DNA from: Eremomyces bilateralis CBS 781.70
Taxonomy: Eukaryota
Length of the DNA stretch: 64,000 nt
Strand: one strand, 5' to 3'
Assembly (NCBI GenBank): GCA_010015585.1
Contig: ML975159.1
The first letter of the stretch is position 1, and every line of letters starts with the position of its first letter. This document shows positions 1 to 11,303 of this stretch, one piece after another. A model generated the notes under the pieces. The model searched no databases. It saw only the letters and a program-made list of their open reading frames with translations, and was not told the DNA's origin. Made by a program: the position numbers and the translations under genes.

Positions 1-248
1 GGGTTTCATCCCCGACCCCTGGTTTTTTCTCGGCGTCGTCGAGCGGCCACGCTGAACCGGGTCCAGATGTCATGATGCTGTTCGGTTCGTGCTGGGCGGG
101 TTGGGTTTCTCCGTTCCGTGGATGCATGCGTTGACGTCGTTGGCGCAAGGGACGGGGGCAAATGCTTGGTGTCGACGACTTGAAGACCGAAGTCCATTGT
201 TTGTGTCAGCGGGCATGACATAATTACCGGTAGGATTCGGTAGGGCAT
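1..248 (-). CDS. Possible 5' end of a gene running off the left edge of the window (unknown product)
   Basis: ATG at 248 followed by a GTAATT..GCTGAC..AAG intron-like segment. The downstream frame (..MTSGPGSAWPLDDAEKKPGVGDET) stays open to position 1. No homology recognised. Confidence 0.25.
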
Positions 249-689
249 CGTGAGTGCTCCTCAGTATGCAGCTTCACCTTCTTTTAGTTGTAGACCGTCG
301 CTAGATGAGGCTCAAGAAACGGTGGCGTCACACTCCCTTGAGGCTCCGACTGTCCTGTAATTACCATCGCATGTTGCAGGCACAGGAGCCACTGAGTGGC
401 TCGAGGAATGTTGCACAAATCATGGACTGGTGAATGAAAGGGGATGATGTTGCACGTCACCAACTCGTCGCCACGGACCTTTGTGAATTTGGGATTTCTT
501 GGAAGGCTGGAGCATCGCTTCGGAGGGGAATAGACATAATAGGTATTGTATAGGAAGGTAGAATATTATTATTATTGCATAGCTTGGACGTCTATGTTCG
601 GTTGTTACTAGGGTACCAAGTCAACATGATATCAAATCGTGCGTCGTGTCATATATCATCACTATCATACAACATCACTCCAACCGCTC

Positions 690-3600
690 TCAAACCAACC
701 ACAGCAATACCCCAAATACACCCGCCGCCATCCCCTCCACCACCCCATCTCTTCCAACCTTCCCACCTGCCCCCGAACTTCTCGACGCAGCTCCACCCCC
801 AGTCCTCGACGCCGCCTCCCCTTCCCTCCCCGCCCCCGTCCTCGTCCCCGTCGTCTCTCCCACCATCTCCCTCGTCTCACTCCCCACCACCACCAACCCC
901 CCCGCCGTCCCCAAACTCACCGTCGTCCCCCCAACCACTACCGCCCCTCCCGCCGTCAACGTCACCCCAGGCGCCACCTCATACCACGTCCTCTCCGCCC
1001 CCACCGTCGGTGCGACCACCCTTCCCCCAATCGTCAGCGCTGGCGCCGCCGTCGTCCCCGGCCCCGCGCCGGTCTGCCCGTTGATGACGACGGCGGCTCC
1101 GCTGGCGGGGAGGGAGAGGGTCGTGCCGGAGAAGGTGACGGCGCCGCCGGGGGTGAGGGTCGTGCCGGGGGCGATAACGAAAGCTCCGGAGGGGTTGGCG
1201 GTGAGGATCGAGGGGCCGAGGGTGAGGAGGGAAGGGGTGCTAGGAAGGGTGGGGAGGAGGGTTTGGGTGGCGCCGTTGATGATGGCAATAGTGCCGTCGG
1301 GGGGGAGAGTGAGGGTTTGGCTGGAGATGGTGAGGGCAGGCCCGCCGGGTTGGAGGGTAGTGCCGGGGGCGAGGATGAAGCCGCCAGTTGGGTCTGCGGT
1401 GATGGTGGATGCGCCGAATGTTAGGACGGGGGGCTTGGTGGGGTTGGTTGGGGAGGCGAGAGTTTGGGTTGCGCCGTTGACGATGGCGATGGAGCCGCCT
1501 GGGGCGATGCTGATGATCTGGCCGTTGACCGTCGCGGCGGGTCCGCCTGGACTGACGGTCGTACCAGGGGCTACGACAAATCCACCGGATGCACCAGCTG
1601 TGACTGTTGACCCTCCAAAGGTGAGGACAGGTCGTGGAGTCGGTGCTGGCGATCCGCCGTTGCCAGACAGAGCTATCGTGCTGGTCCCGTCGACAATGAT
1701 TGCCGGTGATCCCGAACCACTGGCTGCAGTTGGAACGGAAACCGGGATACCGTTCACTGTTGCAACCTGCCCGGGCTGAACAGTTTGGGAGCCGATTACC
1801 ACGCCTCCTCCAGCGGCAGGTGGAAGGGCAGACACTTGAATGGGGGTGCCGCCAATGGGAACTAACTGAACACCGGGAGGAGAACCTCCACCCGACTGTA
1901 ACCCATTGTTAGATGCGCTTCCGCTTCCTGATTCGCTTCCTGGAGAGCCACCAGATGGTGGCTGACTGTCTTGTCCACCATTGCTTCCTGGTCTGGCGGG
2001 AATATTTCCACTAGGCGGCGCTCCGCTTCCCGAACCACCAGCTTCTCCTCCGAGAATCTCACTTATAGTCTCCGCAATTCTGTCGCCGACACTACCTGTT
2101 CCGCCATTTTGTCCACTATTGTCACTCGGAGGTGAGCCACTGAACGGTGCGGGCCCTCCATTCCCTGAAGGAGAGCCTCCTGACTGTGGTGGGCCGCTCT
2201 GTGGCGGCGAGCCTCCGGATAGAGAACCTCCGGATGGCGGAGAACCTCCAGATAGCAGAGAGCCCCCAGACGGTGGAGAGTCCCCAGACGGCGGAGAGCC
2301 CCCAGACGGCGGAGAACCTCCAGGCGACGGAGAACCTCCAGGCGACGGAGAACCTCCAGATGGCGGAGAACCTCCAGATGATGGAGGGGACCTTGGAGGT
2401 GGAGGGATATTTGGTAGCGGAGGAACTGCGGGTGGTTGGGACCCTCCCTGCGGGGAAGACCCCCCAGACAGCGAAGGATCCGTAAGTAGATCGATGATCG
2501 TGTCGGCAACAGAAGAGCCTGAACCAGGGTTCTTATTCCCGGACAAACCCGGCGCTCCCGGTGGCAAGTTGGAGTTGCTCCCCCCATCTTCACCATTTCC
2601 TCCAGGTGGAGCTAATCCTGGCGGACCTGGGGTAGGCGGTGGCTGTTTTGCGTCTCCGTCGAGGATAATGGTGGTCTGAGAGCCGGTGAGCAAGAAGAGT
2701 TGGGTCGTGTGTTGGATGGGTGCACCCGCGCCGTTTCCTCCTTGCGGAGGGATATGAGGCGTGTCGGGCGGTTCTGCTCCCAGAGGCGGTGCATCTGGCG
2801 AAGGCGAGGCGATGAAGGACGCAGGTGCGGTGGTCTCTGGAAGGCCTCCGTCGTCTGTGGTGGTCATAGTTAGGTGTTGGGTCGGGTAGACGCTTGGTCT
2901 GGGAGTGATGGATGCGCCAGTGCTTGGAAATCCGGTTCCTGTGGGGCCGGCGCGCGCTGCTAGTTGAGGTGGTAGGGGGTAGTGTCGTGGGCCGAATGGC
3001 ACGGGAAGACGCGCTCGTGGACCATGGTTTTTTTCACCCACATGGCGTTTTAGAATGGGGAGGGCAGATGTTCCGCGTGAGCCAATAGCTGGACAAGCAG
3101 CATACGCATTCTCGACGTTGGTCGTACAGTTGGAGAGCTCTACATCAGGGATTCCTTGTTCCAGAAATTCGATAACCCCTGGAGGAACCATAAGTTGAGC
3201 ATCCTGAGCTGGTACGATCAGGCTTTTGTAATCAAAATAAGGGTCTATATCTAAGGGGCTGGGCGTTCCAGTGCATTCTGGACCATACTGAAATTCTGTG
3301 AAGAGAACATATGGGGTGGGATATGTACTGTGAATTGTGAGTAGACTGAAAGAAAGGACGATTAAATGAATCCAATACAATTGTATGCCACGATACTCAT
3401 CTAGTGTGTACGTGACTTCGGTTGTGGTAATCAACTCCGTTGTCTGATTTCCACTGGACACGGTTGATGTGGTCTCCGGAATGAAAGTACTGCTGACGAC
3501 TTCGGTCGAAGTGATCGGTTCTCGCCCATCTTTGAAGGTGAATATGTAATAGGATGTGGTTGCTGTCGTTATGACTTTGGGTTGGGATATCGTTTGGTTC

Positions 3601-3875
3601 TCAAGCATCAAAGATGATGGGCCACATATTGAAGTCGCGTATGCACGGAGAGTGCATGGATTACATGATGGCAATGGAGTCATAATAGCCTGTTGACCAT
3701 CTGTATGATTTGCTAGGACATGTCAATACGTGCATATATCGAAGACGATCAAGGGCATACAAGCAGAGGCTGAAGACTTTATACGAGTGCCAATCTGGGA
3801 GGTATTAAACGACCACTGGGCCAACGACGGGAACACACACTGGCATAACAGAAGAAAGTAAAGCATGTCAGCCAT
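690..3875 (-). CDS. Secreted, probably GPI-anchored Gly/Pro/Ser/Thr-rich cell-wall protein or adhesin (~1030 aa)
   Basis: ATG at 3875 gives signal peptide MADMLYFLLLCQCVFPSLAQW. Introns at 3713-3760 and 3328-3378. Cys-containing N-terminal domain, GGSPPS repeats, repeated 'TLxPGGPAxTxxGxxISL' units, and a hydrophobic C-terminus (MAAGVFGVLLWLV) typical of a GPI signal. Confidence 0.8.
2180..2390 (-). repeat. 18-bp tandem repeat encoding GGSPPS/GGSPSP units
   Basis: About 10 imperfect copies of ggcggagaacctcca(g/c)xx on the + strand, inside the wall-protein CDS. Confidence 0.85.
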
Positions 3876-4967
3876 GTTTCTAAAGAGGCATGCGTAACAA
3901 ATATAGACCAGCTAACGAAGAGATCATTAAACCAGGCCGGTTAATTTTGAACTCGAATACGAAGACGAAGGGGCGAGAAACGATCGACAACAAAGAGCGC
4001 ATAACAGTTCAATAAGTCTGAACGGAAAGCATCAATATCGACTCCGGATCCAAGTCCAGCCCTCAGCAGCGCCGCATATTTCTCCGTGCAACGGCATATT
4101 CCCTTTCCGAAAGCTGGTGTTCCCATCGGAAAGACAGAGGTTGGCTAGGTGATCCCGAAGGTAGGACAACAATTTGCGTCACCTCCATATGTGGCTGATG
4201 AAAACCCGACGAATAGGCAGGGCAAGCAGCGAACGGCTGAAGATGCTTAGATGTCGGATAGCCAGGGCTTAGTCTTGCCAATGAAGCTTGTCTTCCAGTG
4301 CCATCAACACTGGGTCTAGACTCCGTCACCGAGTCCAGAACGTGTCTCGTTCTCATCCGTAAGAATTTCGAGAAAGCGGTCAGAACAGGGAGTAGTTTCT
4401 TACAAGCCACAACGGAGTGGGGTGCGATGCAACTGCTCCGAAGAGGATGCAAGGCGGAGGAAATGTAGGAAGAAACATTGATATGGCGCAGTGCATGGAG
4501 AACTCTTAGCCAGAGCTCAGCTCTATCACCAGGCTGTAAGGCTGTAAGGCTTCGAGACAATTGCGAGCTCCTATTGGACGCAGTGCAACATCGCCCCATC
4601 GCGCACTCCGACACATTTATATTGCACATTTCCATATTGTTGGTTGTCTCGAGAACTATACTAGCCTGGAGGCCACATACGTCACGGCTGTCGAGTGGAT
4701 AGCATGTTTCGAGTGAAGTCCGACGGAGTGAATATGGATAATTCGATATCGGTGTCAATTCCGCGCTGCTCAGGATACCCCAGTATTAGTAACAAGTCCC
4801 TGTCATCGCTGGCGTGGGGTGATGGCCTAGAATCGTTAGAATCTGGATGGATTGGGTCGGAAGTCGACTGAGCAACTTCAACATCGCAATCTCATTCTAT
4901 GACGGATTGAGCATCTCGTTAACATGAACACTACTTGAACCGCTAGGTATGCTCCTTGGGAGCCATC

Positions 4968-5735
4968 ATGTCTGCTGTCACGGATTCCTACACCGAGATC
5001 CCTGAGGTAGAGATCCTGCTCCTTGGGGATCCAGATGTGGGCAAATCAACCTTTCTCTCGTACGCCTCTGTCGCATCCTAACCTCTTCAACCATCCCTCG
5101 CTAACCGCCCAAGCAGTCGCCTTATGCTCGGGACCCAACCCACATCGGCCGCCGAAAACGAGAAACTCCCTCCCTACTCCCTCCCTGCCATCCACGACGC
5201 CTTCCAACCCCTCGTCTTCAACATCACCCTCTACGGTCGGCCCTACCGCTTCCAGTTCTCCGACACCGCGTCCCCGACCCCGTACCTAGAACTAAAACCG
5301 CACTTCATCATCCTCTGCTTCGACATCACGAACCGTCGCTCGCTGCAGAACGTCAAGACCTGGCGCTACCTGGTCGAATCGACGTATAACATCGACGAGA
5401 GCCGGCCGGTGATGGTGTTGGGGTTGAAGCGCGATTTGCGAAGGGAATGGCCGGTGGAGGATAAGGAGACGGGGGTGGATACCTCGTGTGCATTGGAGGG
5501 GGATGCGGAGGGAGACGCGGAAGGGGACGCGGAGGGGGAGAAGGAGGATACGAGGCATGTGATGCCGGATGAAGGACTGGGGATGGCGCAGAAGTTGAGG
5601 TGCGATAGGTATGCTGAATGTAGTGCGGTTACCGGGGAGCTGTGTATGCAGGTGTTGGAAGACATCGCTCGAACGGCTGCGAAGACGACGACGGAGAAGG
5701 GCGGGAGGTCGGGGGAATATTGCACGGTTATGTGA
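4968..5735 (+). CDS. Atypical Rho/Ras-like small GTPase with CaaX box
   Basis: Exon 1 MSAVTDSYTEIPEVEILLLGDPDVGKSTFLS contains the P-loop. Intron 5060-5116. Then DTAS (G3-like), GLKRDLR (G4), ECSA (G5) and C-terminal CTVM. Confidence 0.85.
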
Positions 5736-5903
5736 TTGGACATCTGGAATGGATTTGAGAGCTCTGCCTTTATGGGGAGAACCTTAAGCAAAGACTAGGC
5801 GTGGGCAGCACCGAGATACCATGATTGTACGCTTGACGGCTTCACGAAACATTCGACGTTCAAATCATTCATTCCGCTCACATAACGCATAACCACCCCG
5901 AGC

Positions 5904-6946
5904 CTACCGGGCTCTGCCGCTACCAATGTCCTGGTTAAGCTACGGTTCGAGCACAGTTAGTCATGTACGACGCAAAACCTATGCTCCAAAAACTCACCCT
6001 GTACCCGCTTATCTTCTCCCACTCGATCTTCTGTCTCGTCACCGGCAGCTGTCTCCGCAACGCCTTGAATGCACCCTCACTCAGGCTCCCGAACGCGCGG
6101 TTCAGATCTTCCTGATACCGTCTCTCCACCACCGCAATCGCCTTCAAGACCTCAGGAGCGGTGGCCGCTGAGGATATCGATGTGCTCACCGCTTTGTCGG
6201 TCAATAGCCGGACGTTCCCATCCTCGTAGTAGTGCACGTCCACCTTGATGCTGCCCGTGATGTCCCCAGACGACGACTCGTAGAAGAACACGCTGCGCCA
6301 TCGCCCGTTCCAGAAGTTGTTCGGCGAGTATTTCGAGGCGACGACCACGATCGCGATGCGGCTGTCGTCCTCGATCGGGTAGATTCCGAGGCTCGAGGAG
6401 GGGAAGTGTTCGTTGACGTGGGTTTGGAAGGACTTGATCAACGACTTTCTACATGATATATATTAGCATTTCTCGCTTTCTACCCGAATCAGAAACGTAC
6501 ATCAGATCTCCGTTCTGGGATTCCAAGCTGTATGATTGCGCCGCGGAGGCCTTCTCCGTGACAGGGTCGAACTCAAAGGACGTGGCGCTCGCGACGTCGA
6601 AGTATCGTCCGCCGCCCAGCGAGTTATGCGAGCTCACGACGACCGGATCGCTTGCACCGGGGAGCTTGACCGTCGAGAATTGCTCCTCATGGTATTTCTG
6701 GAACGCCGGTCCCAGCGACTGGATGACGTTGGGGTCGTCGGTGACGATGTTCTTGATATCTGGAGCGCCGGGTCAGATGCGCCCAGCTCGAGAGGTTCCA
6801 TATCCATTACCATTCGTGACATTGCTGAGCTGGAGACATTGGGTTAGCGATGGTCTGCGTCAAGTGTTTCACGAGCCGGCGTAACACACCTCTCCTGGCG
6901 GAGCAGACTCAATGAATGCAGCCAGAGCGGCGGTGTCTGACGGCAT
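5904..6946 (-). CDS. cap1: F-actin capping protein alpha subunit
   Basis: Multi-exon gene starting MPSDTAALAAFIESAPPGE. Contains KYSPNNFWNGRWRS, VHYYEDGNVRL and FKALRRQLPVTRQKIEWEKI. Last exon LNQDIGSGRAR*. Confidence 0.95.
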
Positions 6947-7363
6947 GCTGAGCTTCAAAAGAGATTATTTGGAAGACAAAAGAAACGAGAGGTTGAAGGA
7001 TTAAAGGGTATCTAGGGAAGTAAAGGTTCGGGTCTGTTTTAGACGGCTGCCTTGGGTTCCATATGGGGAGGTTGTTTCGATATCGTAAGGAGGTGACATG
7101 GTGGATTTCCAGGGTGTGGGGTTGACGTTTCGCCCACATCAGATCTCACCGTGGAGTTTGGACAAAGTTCTGCCACTTTCCCAGGTATTAATGTCAAATT
7201 ATACAGTTTCACCGCATCTTGAATCCAGATTTGAATACAACAGGTACATCATTGCTTCATAGTCATCTATATCCCTAATCGTCACACCCAGTAATTGCGG
7301 AATAAGCGCCAACCCATACTCCGTACAAACCGTTTTTCCATTCAAGTCATCCCTAAGTCTAGA

Positions 7364-9700
7364 TTACCATAAACAATCAAGAGCTCGGCGGCTCAAGAAA
7401 TCCCCCGCCTCTTTCACTTTACTCCCTTCCATTATGCTCAAATGATTGGCATCAGCCATACTCTCAATCACCAAATCCTCTGCCGTTCAGTAATGAGTCC
7501 TAACTGTTGGGTCCAAGGTCTGTCCGCTTGTTCAACAACCAGATCATCTCCCTGGGACCATCACCTTGCGGCCCAGGGCGATGGTCATCCGGATATTTAT
7601 AGACTCCATCCTGTGCCCATATCATATTTGCGTGCGGCTCCAGGACTGAATGGCCTAGCTCGATGCGCGTCCAATGAATTAATGAATGGATAGAAATCAG
7701 GAAGCAACCATGTCATTAGACCGGGCATTCCCTGACGGAAGAGGTCAATGTATTTGAAGAATTTATATAGTCACAGCGGTAACTTCTGAAGTCCAATTGG
7801 GTACGGCGAATCTAGGAGCATCAACCTCTCCACGTCTCTCCTTCGGCGATTAACCGTTGTGCAGCGTCAAAGGCACAGATTCCTTCCGCACTTTAACCTC
7901 TGAAGTTGTAGGGTCCTGTCGGTTGCCGTCTCCGGATCTCTGACACATACAGAGCAGTGAGCTCTTGAAGGCTGGCGTTTAGGTTCTCGGGTTGCTTCAT
8001 GTATGGGTAGCCCAAGTCGTGGATAACCGCATTGGATGGGACTTTTGAACGGTTCATGTACGGCTTTGCCGACCCGGAGCCATCAGTGAAGACAAAGAGG
8101 CGCTTCGTCACCGTGCTTGAGTTCCCTTCAAGGAGGACTGATGTCGCTGGAGAGCGGTTTTGGCATCATCAGCCGAAGACGTACTCGGTCTGGGCATCGA
8201 TTTCGCAGCTTTTGGAATAGGGTGCGGTGTGAATTTAAGGTTAAGCGTTGCCTGGACCGCATCAAAAGTAGTGCAGGCCAAAAACAGATCAGATGCTGGG
8301 TCCATCTCGAGCTATTCACGAAGCCTAGAATGCACTCAAGGAAATTAGAGAATCCATTCCAACACAAACAGGGTGAGACCTGACCTCAAGCCAGAGTTGA
8401 GTCACTGATGTGACTGGCAGCTTTGGCCGCTTCTACTCCTTGAAGGAAATCAACAGGTTCGCGGCAGTGGCGGCTGAGGTATTGACCATATAAATTGTCC
8501 GAGCTCGTTAACACTTCGCCTAGGAGAGGTGAAATACCAGGAACAAATGGATCATGAAAGCCGACTCTTCTTGAAAGATCTCCGAAATACTCAAGTCTTG
8601 GATCAACTTGCGACGGGTGGAATGCGTATGGAACAGAGTCTGGTGCTCTTCATGTCGCCCTTAGCAAGCACGAAGGACAGGTGGTCGACACCCGCAGTAT
8701 CTCCACTAAGCACAATCTCGTTTGGGGTATTTATGCACGCGACCTCACAATTGCCCTGATCTAGGTATTTCGTGATGTAAGATATCGATGCCTTCACCGC
8801 GAGCATGGTATGACTCCTAGCAGTGCATCTCTCCTGAAAAAGCTGAGCTCATTTGCCGACTAGAAAGATCGTGTCGGTGGCTAAGAGTACACCCGTAGTA
8901 TACAGAGCTCCATACCCCCCCAGGCTGTGGGCGACAACCACATTGGGTTTCACGCCCCAAAGTTCCCAGAGTCTGACCAAACTCATTTGGACACAAGTAG
9001 CACCAAATTGAGTGACGACTGGGCGAGTTCTTCGATCTCTTTATAATGGTAGCATTAATTTCGATAAAGCTGATGTCAGTCAAATCTAGGCCGTTCGAGT
9101 TGAGAGGCTGGTCGAAAATATAGGCTTGGGCACCATGGTGAGGTCCGGTTATTGAGGCAGAGTCTGCAGAGTGATTGGTAAGTGCTCCAACAATGACACT
9201 GTGTACAGGATCATCATCTGAAATGGCATTATCCAGTACGTCGCATGACCACCGTGGGAACGCCATCTGCTCTGCAGTACCCGTCGGCTTCATCATCAAA
9301 GGTCTTGTAATACCTATTCGAGACAACAAGCGGCCACGCACCCACGGTCCAACCCAGCATAGTTATCTAGATTTGCGATAACGTTGGCACCTCCCACGAT
9401 TACCGCATCACATTCGCCTCTCCATAGCGCGTTACATGCCGGTAGGTATCGTAGTGAAGAAGATTCCGGCAACTTGGCAAGCCTTTGCGGAACACTAAGT
9501 GGGCCACTAACAGTGGCAACATGTGTACTTTCGTTGACGGAACTGACACATGGCCTTGAGAGTGGTGGTAGAGCTTGGAGTTCCTTGCACGTTTTCAGAG
9601 AATTTATGATAAACTGCTCTTGTACTTTAGATTTTACCATCGCCTATCCGTCCCTAGGTCCATCCGATGTAGAAAGGAGATATCGGCTTTGGCACGTCGA
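7364..9700 (-). pseudogene. Degraded non-reducing polyketide synthase (wA/Pks1-type, SAT-KS-AT-ACP-TE remnants; PT domain absent)
   Basis: Collinear fragments on the - strand. [162 protein letters not shown]. Multiple stops, frameshifts and large deletions. The 5' boundary is approximate. Confidence 0.9.
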
Positions 9701-10814
9701 CAACCAACCCGGGCACCGTTTCATTAGGTCCGGCTAGGACTCGGAGTTGATAGAAAAAATCCAGCTCTTCTTTCTTTCGGAATGTAGATTCCCCATTTTC
9801 CCCTCCAAATATTCACGGCCAAACTAACACGTTCGCACAAAACCTACGAGAATATCTAGAACAGATAGGTATATCTAATGTAGGGGACGAAATCCTCGAA
9901 TTCTTTGATAGGAAGGACTAGACTCGCACATCAAACAGACTTAATAACATAATATCTTCAAGCAATATACAGATAGAAACTAGAAACACGACTGGAGCAC
10001 AAGATGTAATCGGTCGTACAAAACCCATATCCATATAGTAGTCTCGATGCATCGTTGGCCGTTGTAAGCAGCCCTAATGCTAGACGGATAACTGGCTTTG
10101 ACATGCTCCGTACACAATACCGTACGGCAGTAACATGTATATATTACGGAGTAAGGTATCTTTGACGATGTTGAAAGTGGATGTTGTTGAGTGATCGAGA
10201 GACGAGAGGAGATGATGCTGTGGGGATCTCATTCCACGTGCAGCTAGGCTAGGGCAGTTCACGATCTGGACCCGCTTCTCAACGTCCTCCGATATCCATA
10301 GTCCAGTGAGAGTCCAGACCATCATAACCCTTAATGGCAATACTGATGTCTTATTCTGAGGTGCAGTATCCCTTCCGTTGGCTCTTTCAATGCAAGGGAA
10401 AGCTATTGAACACAAATACACAATGATCTCACCACTGTGAACCTGTACACCTGACTGATTAACTTAAAAGGATTCTCCAACAGGAGATGGCTCCATCGGC
10501 CGAAGACTTATGAGTCGCGACCCTATCGATCGTTGGATGGCGCTCATCTTGAAAGACCTGAGAACGAGAATCGAGGGCTCTCAACAGAGAGTCCGGCTCC
10601 CCACATGAGCGCCGTCAGCAGCGTGCAATTCGCACAATCTTAGTTACCTCTAAGTCCTCTATAAAAGTTTTAGTCCAGCCGTAACCTATCTGTTTGACAT
10701 TCATCCTCGTTGAGTCTGCTCGAAGTCTTGGATTCGCTCTACGTACAATATAACTATGTCTACGACCAGTCGACCACAGAAAAAGAACATGGGGCAATCG
10801 CCCAAGGACAGCAG

Positions 10815-11303
10815 ATGCTTGCATTGACGCTCTGTGGTTACAAGAAGCCCGGTCTCTCTGAGGATGATTATCGTCATTACATGACTAAGGTTCACGCTCC
10901 TCTTGTCCAGGATCTGATGGAGAAGTATGGTTTCGAGTCATGGCCGATGGTAAATGCGAACCTCCTGATTTTCCGTTAGCAGTGGAGTTAACACCGATCC
11001 AGACTCACAATACATCGAAAACTAGACCGATGATGGCAAAATTATACGATCCACAGTTCTCCAACATCGCCGACTATGATGTTATCGTTCAGATTGTGTT
11101 CAAGGATATAGAGGACTTTGTCCGCATGAAGGCCGATCCAATCTTCATGAAGAATGTCACTCCGGATCATGAGAACTTTGCCGATACCAAACGATCAAAG
11201 TACGTATCAACAAACAAGTGGTTCAACCAGGCTCACTCATCATAGAATGACTATTGGGTGGATTTCTCAATTCGTGAAAGACGGGAAATCGCTCAAATTC
11301 TGA
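10815..11303 (+). CDS. EthD-domain dehydratase/decarboxylase of aromatic polyketide clusters (AurZ/MdpH-like)
   Basis: Exons 10815-10949, 11003-11199 and 11246-11303 give [66 protein letters not shown]. This is the characteristic fungal EthD pattern. Confidence 0.88.

Noticed and set aside
575..2679. Long + strand ORFs (646-1779, 639-1424, 1981-2679)
   Set aside because: Antisense shadows of the GC-rich, repetitive wall-protein CDS. They have no independent motifs.
4063..4758. 231-aa ORF between the wall-protein gene and the Rho-like gene
   Set aside because: Non-ATG start, non-coding-like composition and no motif. More likely promoter or leader DNA.
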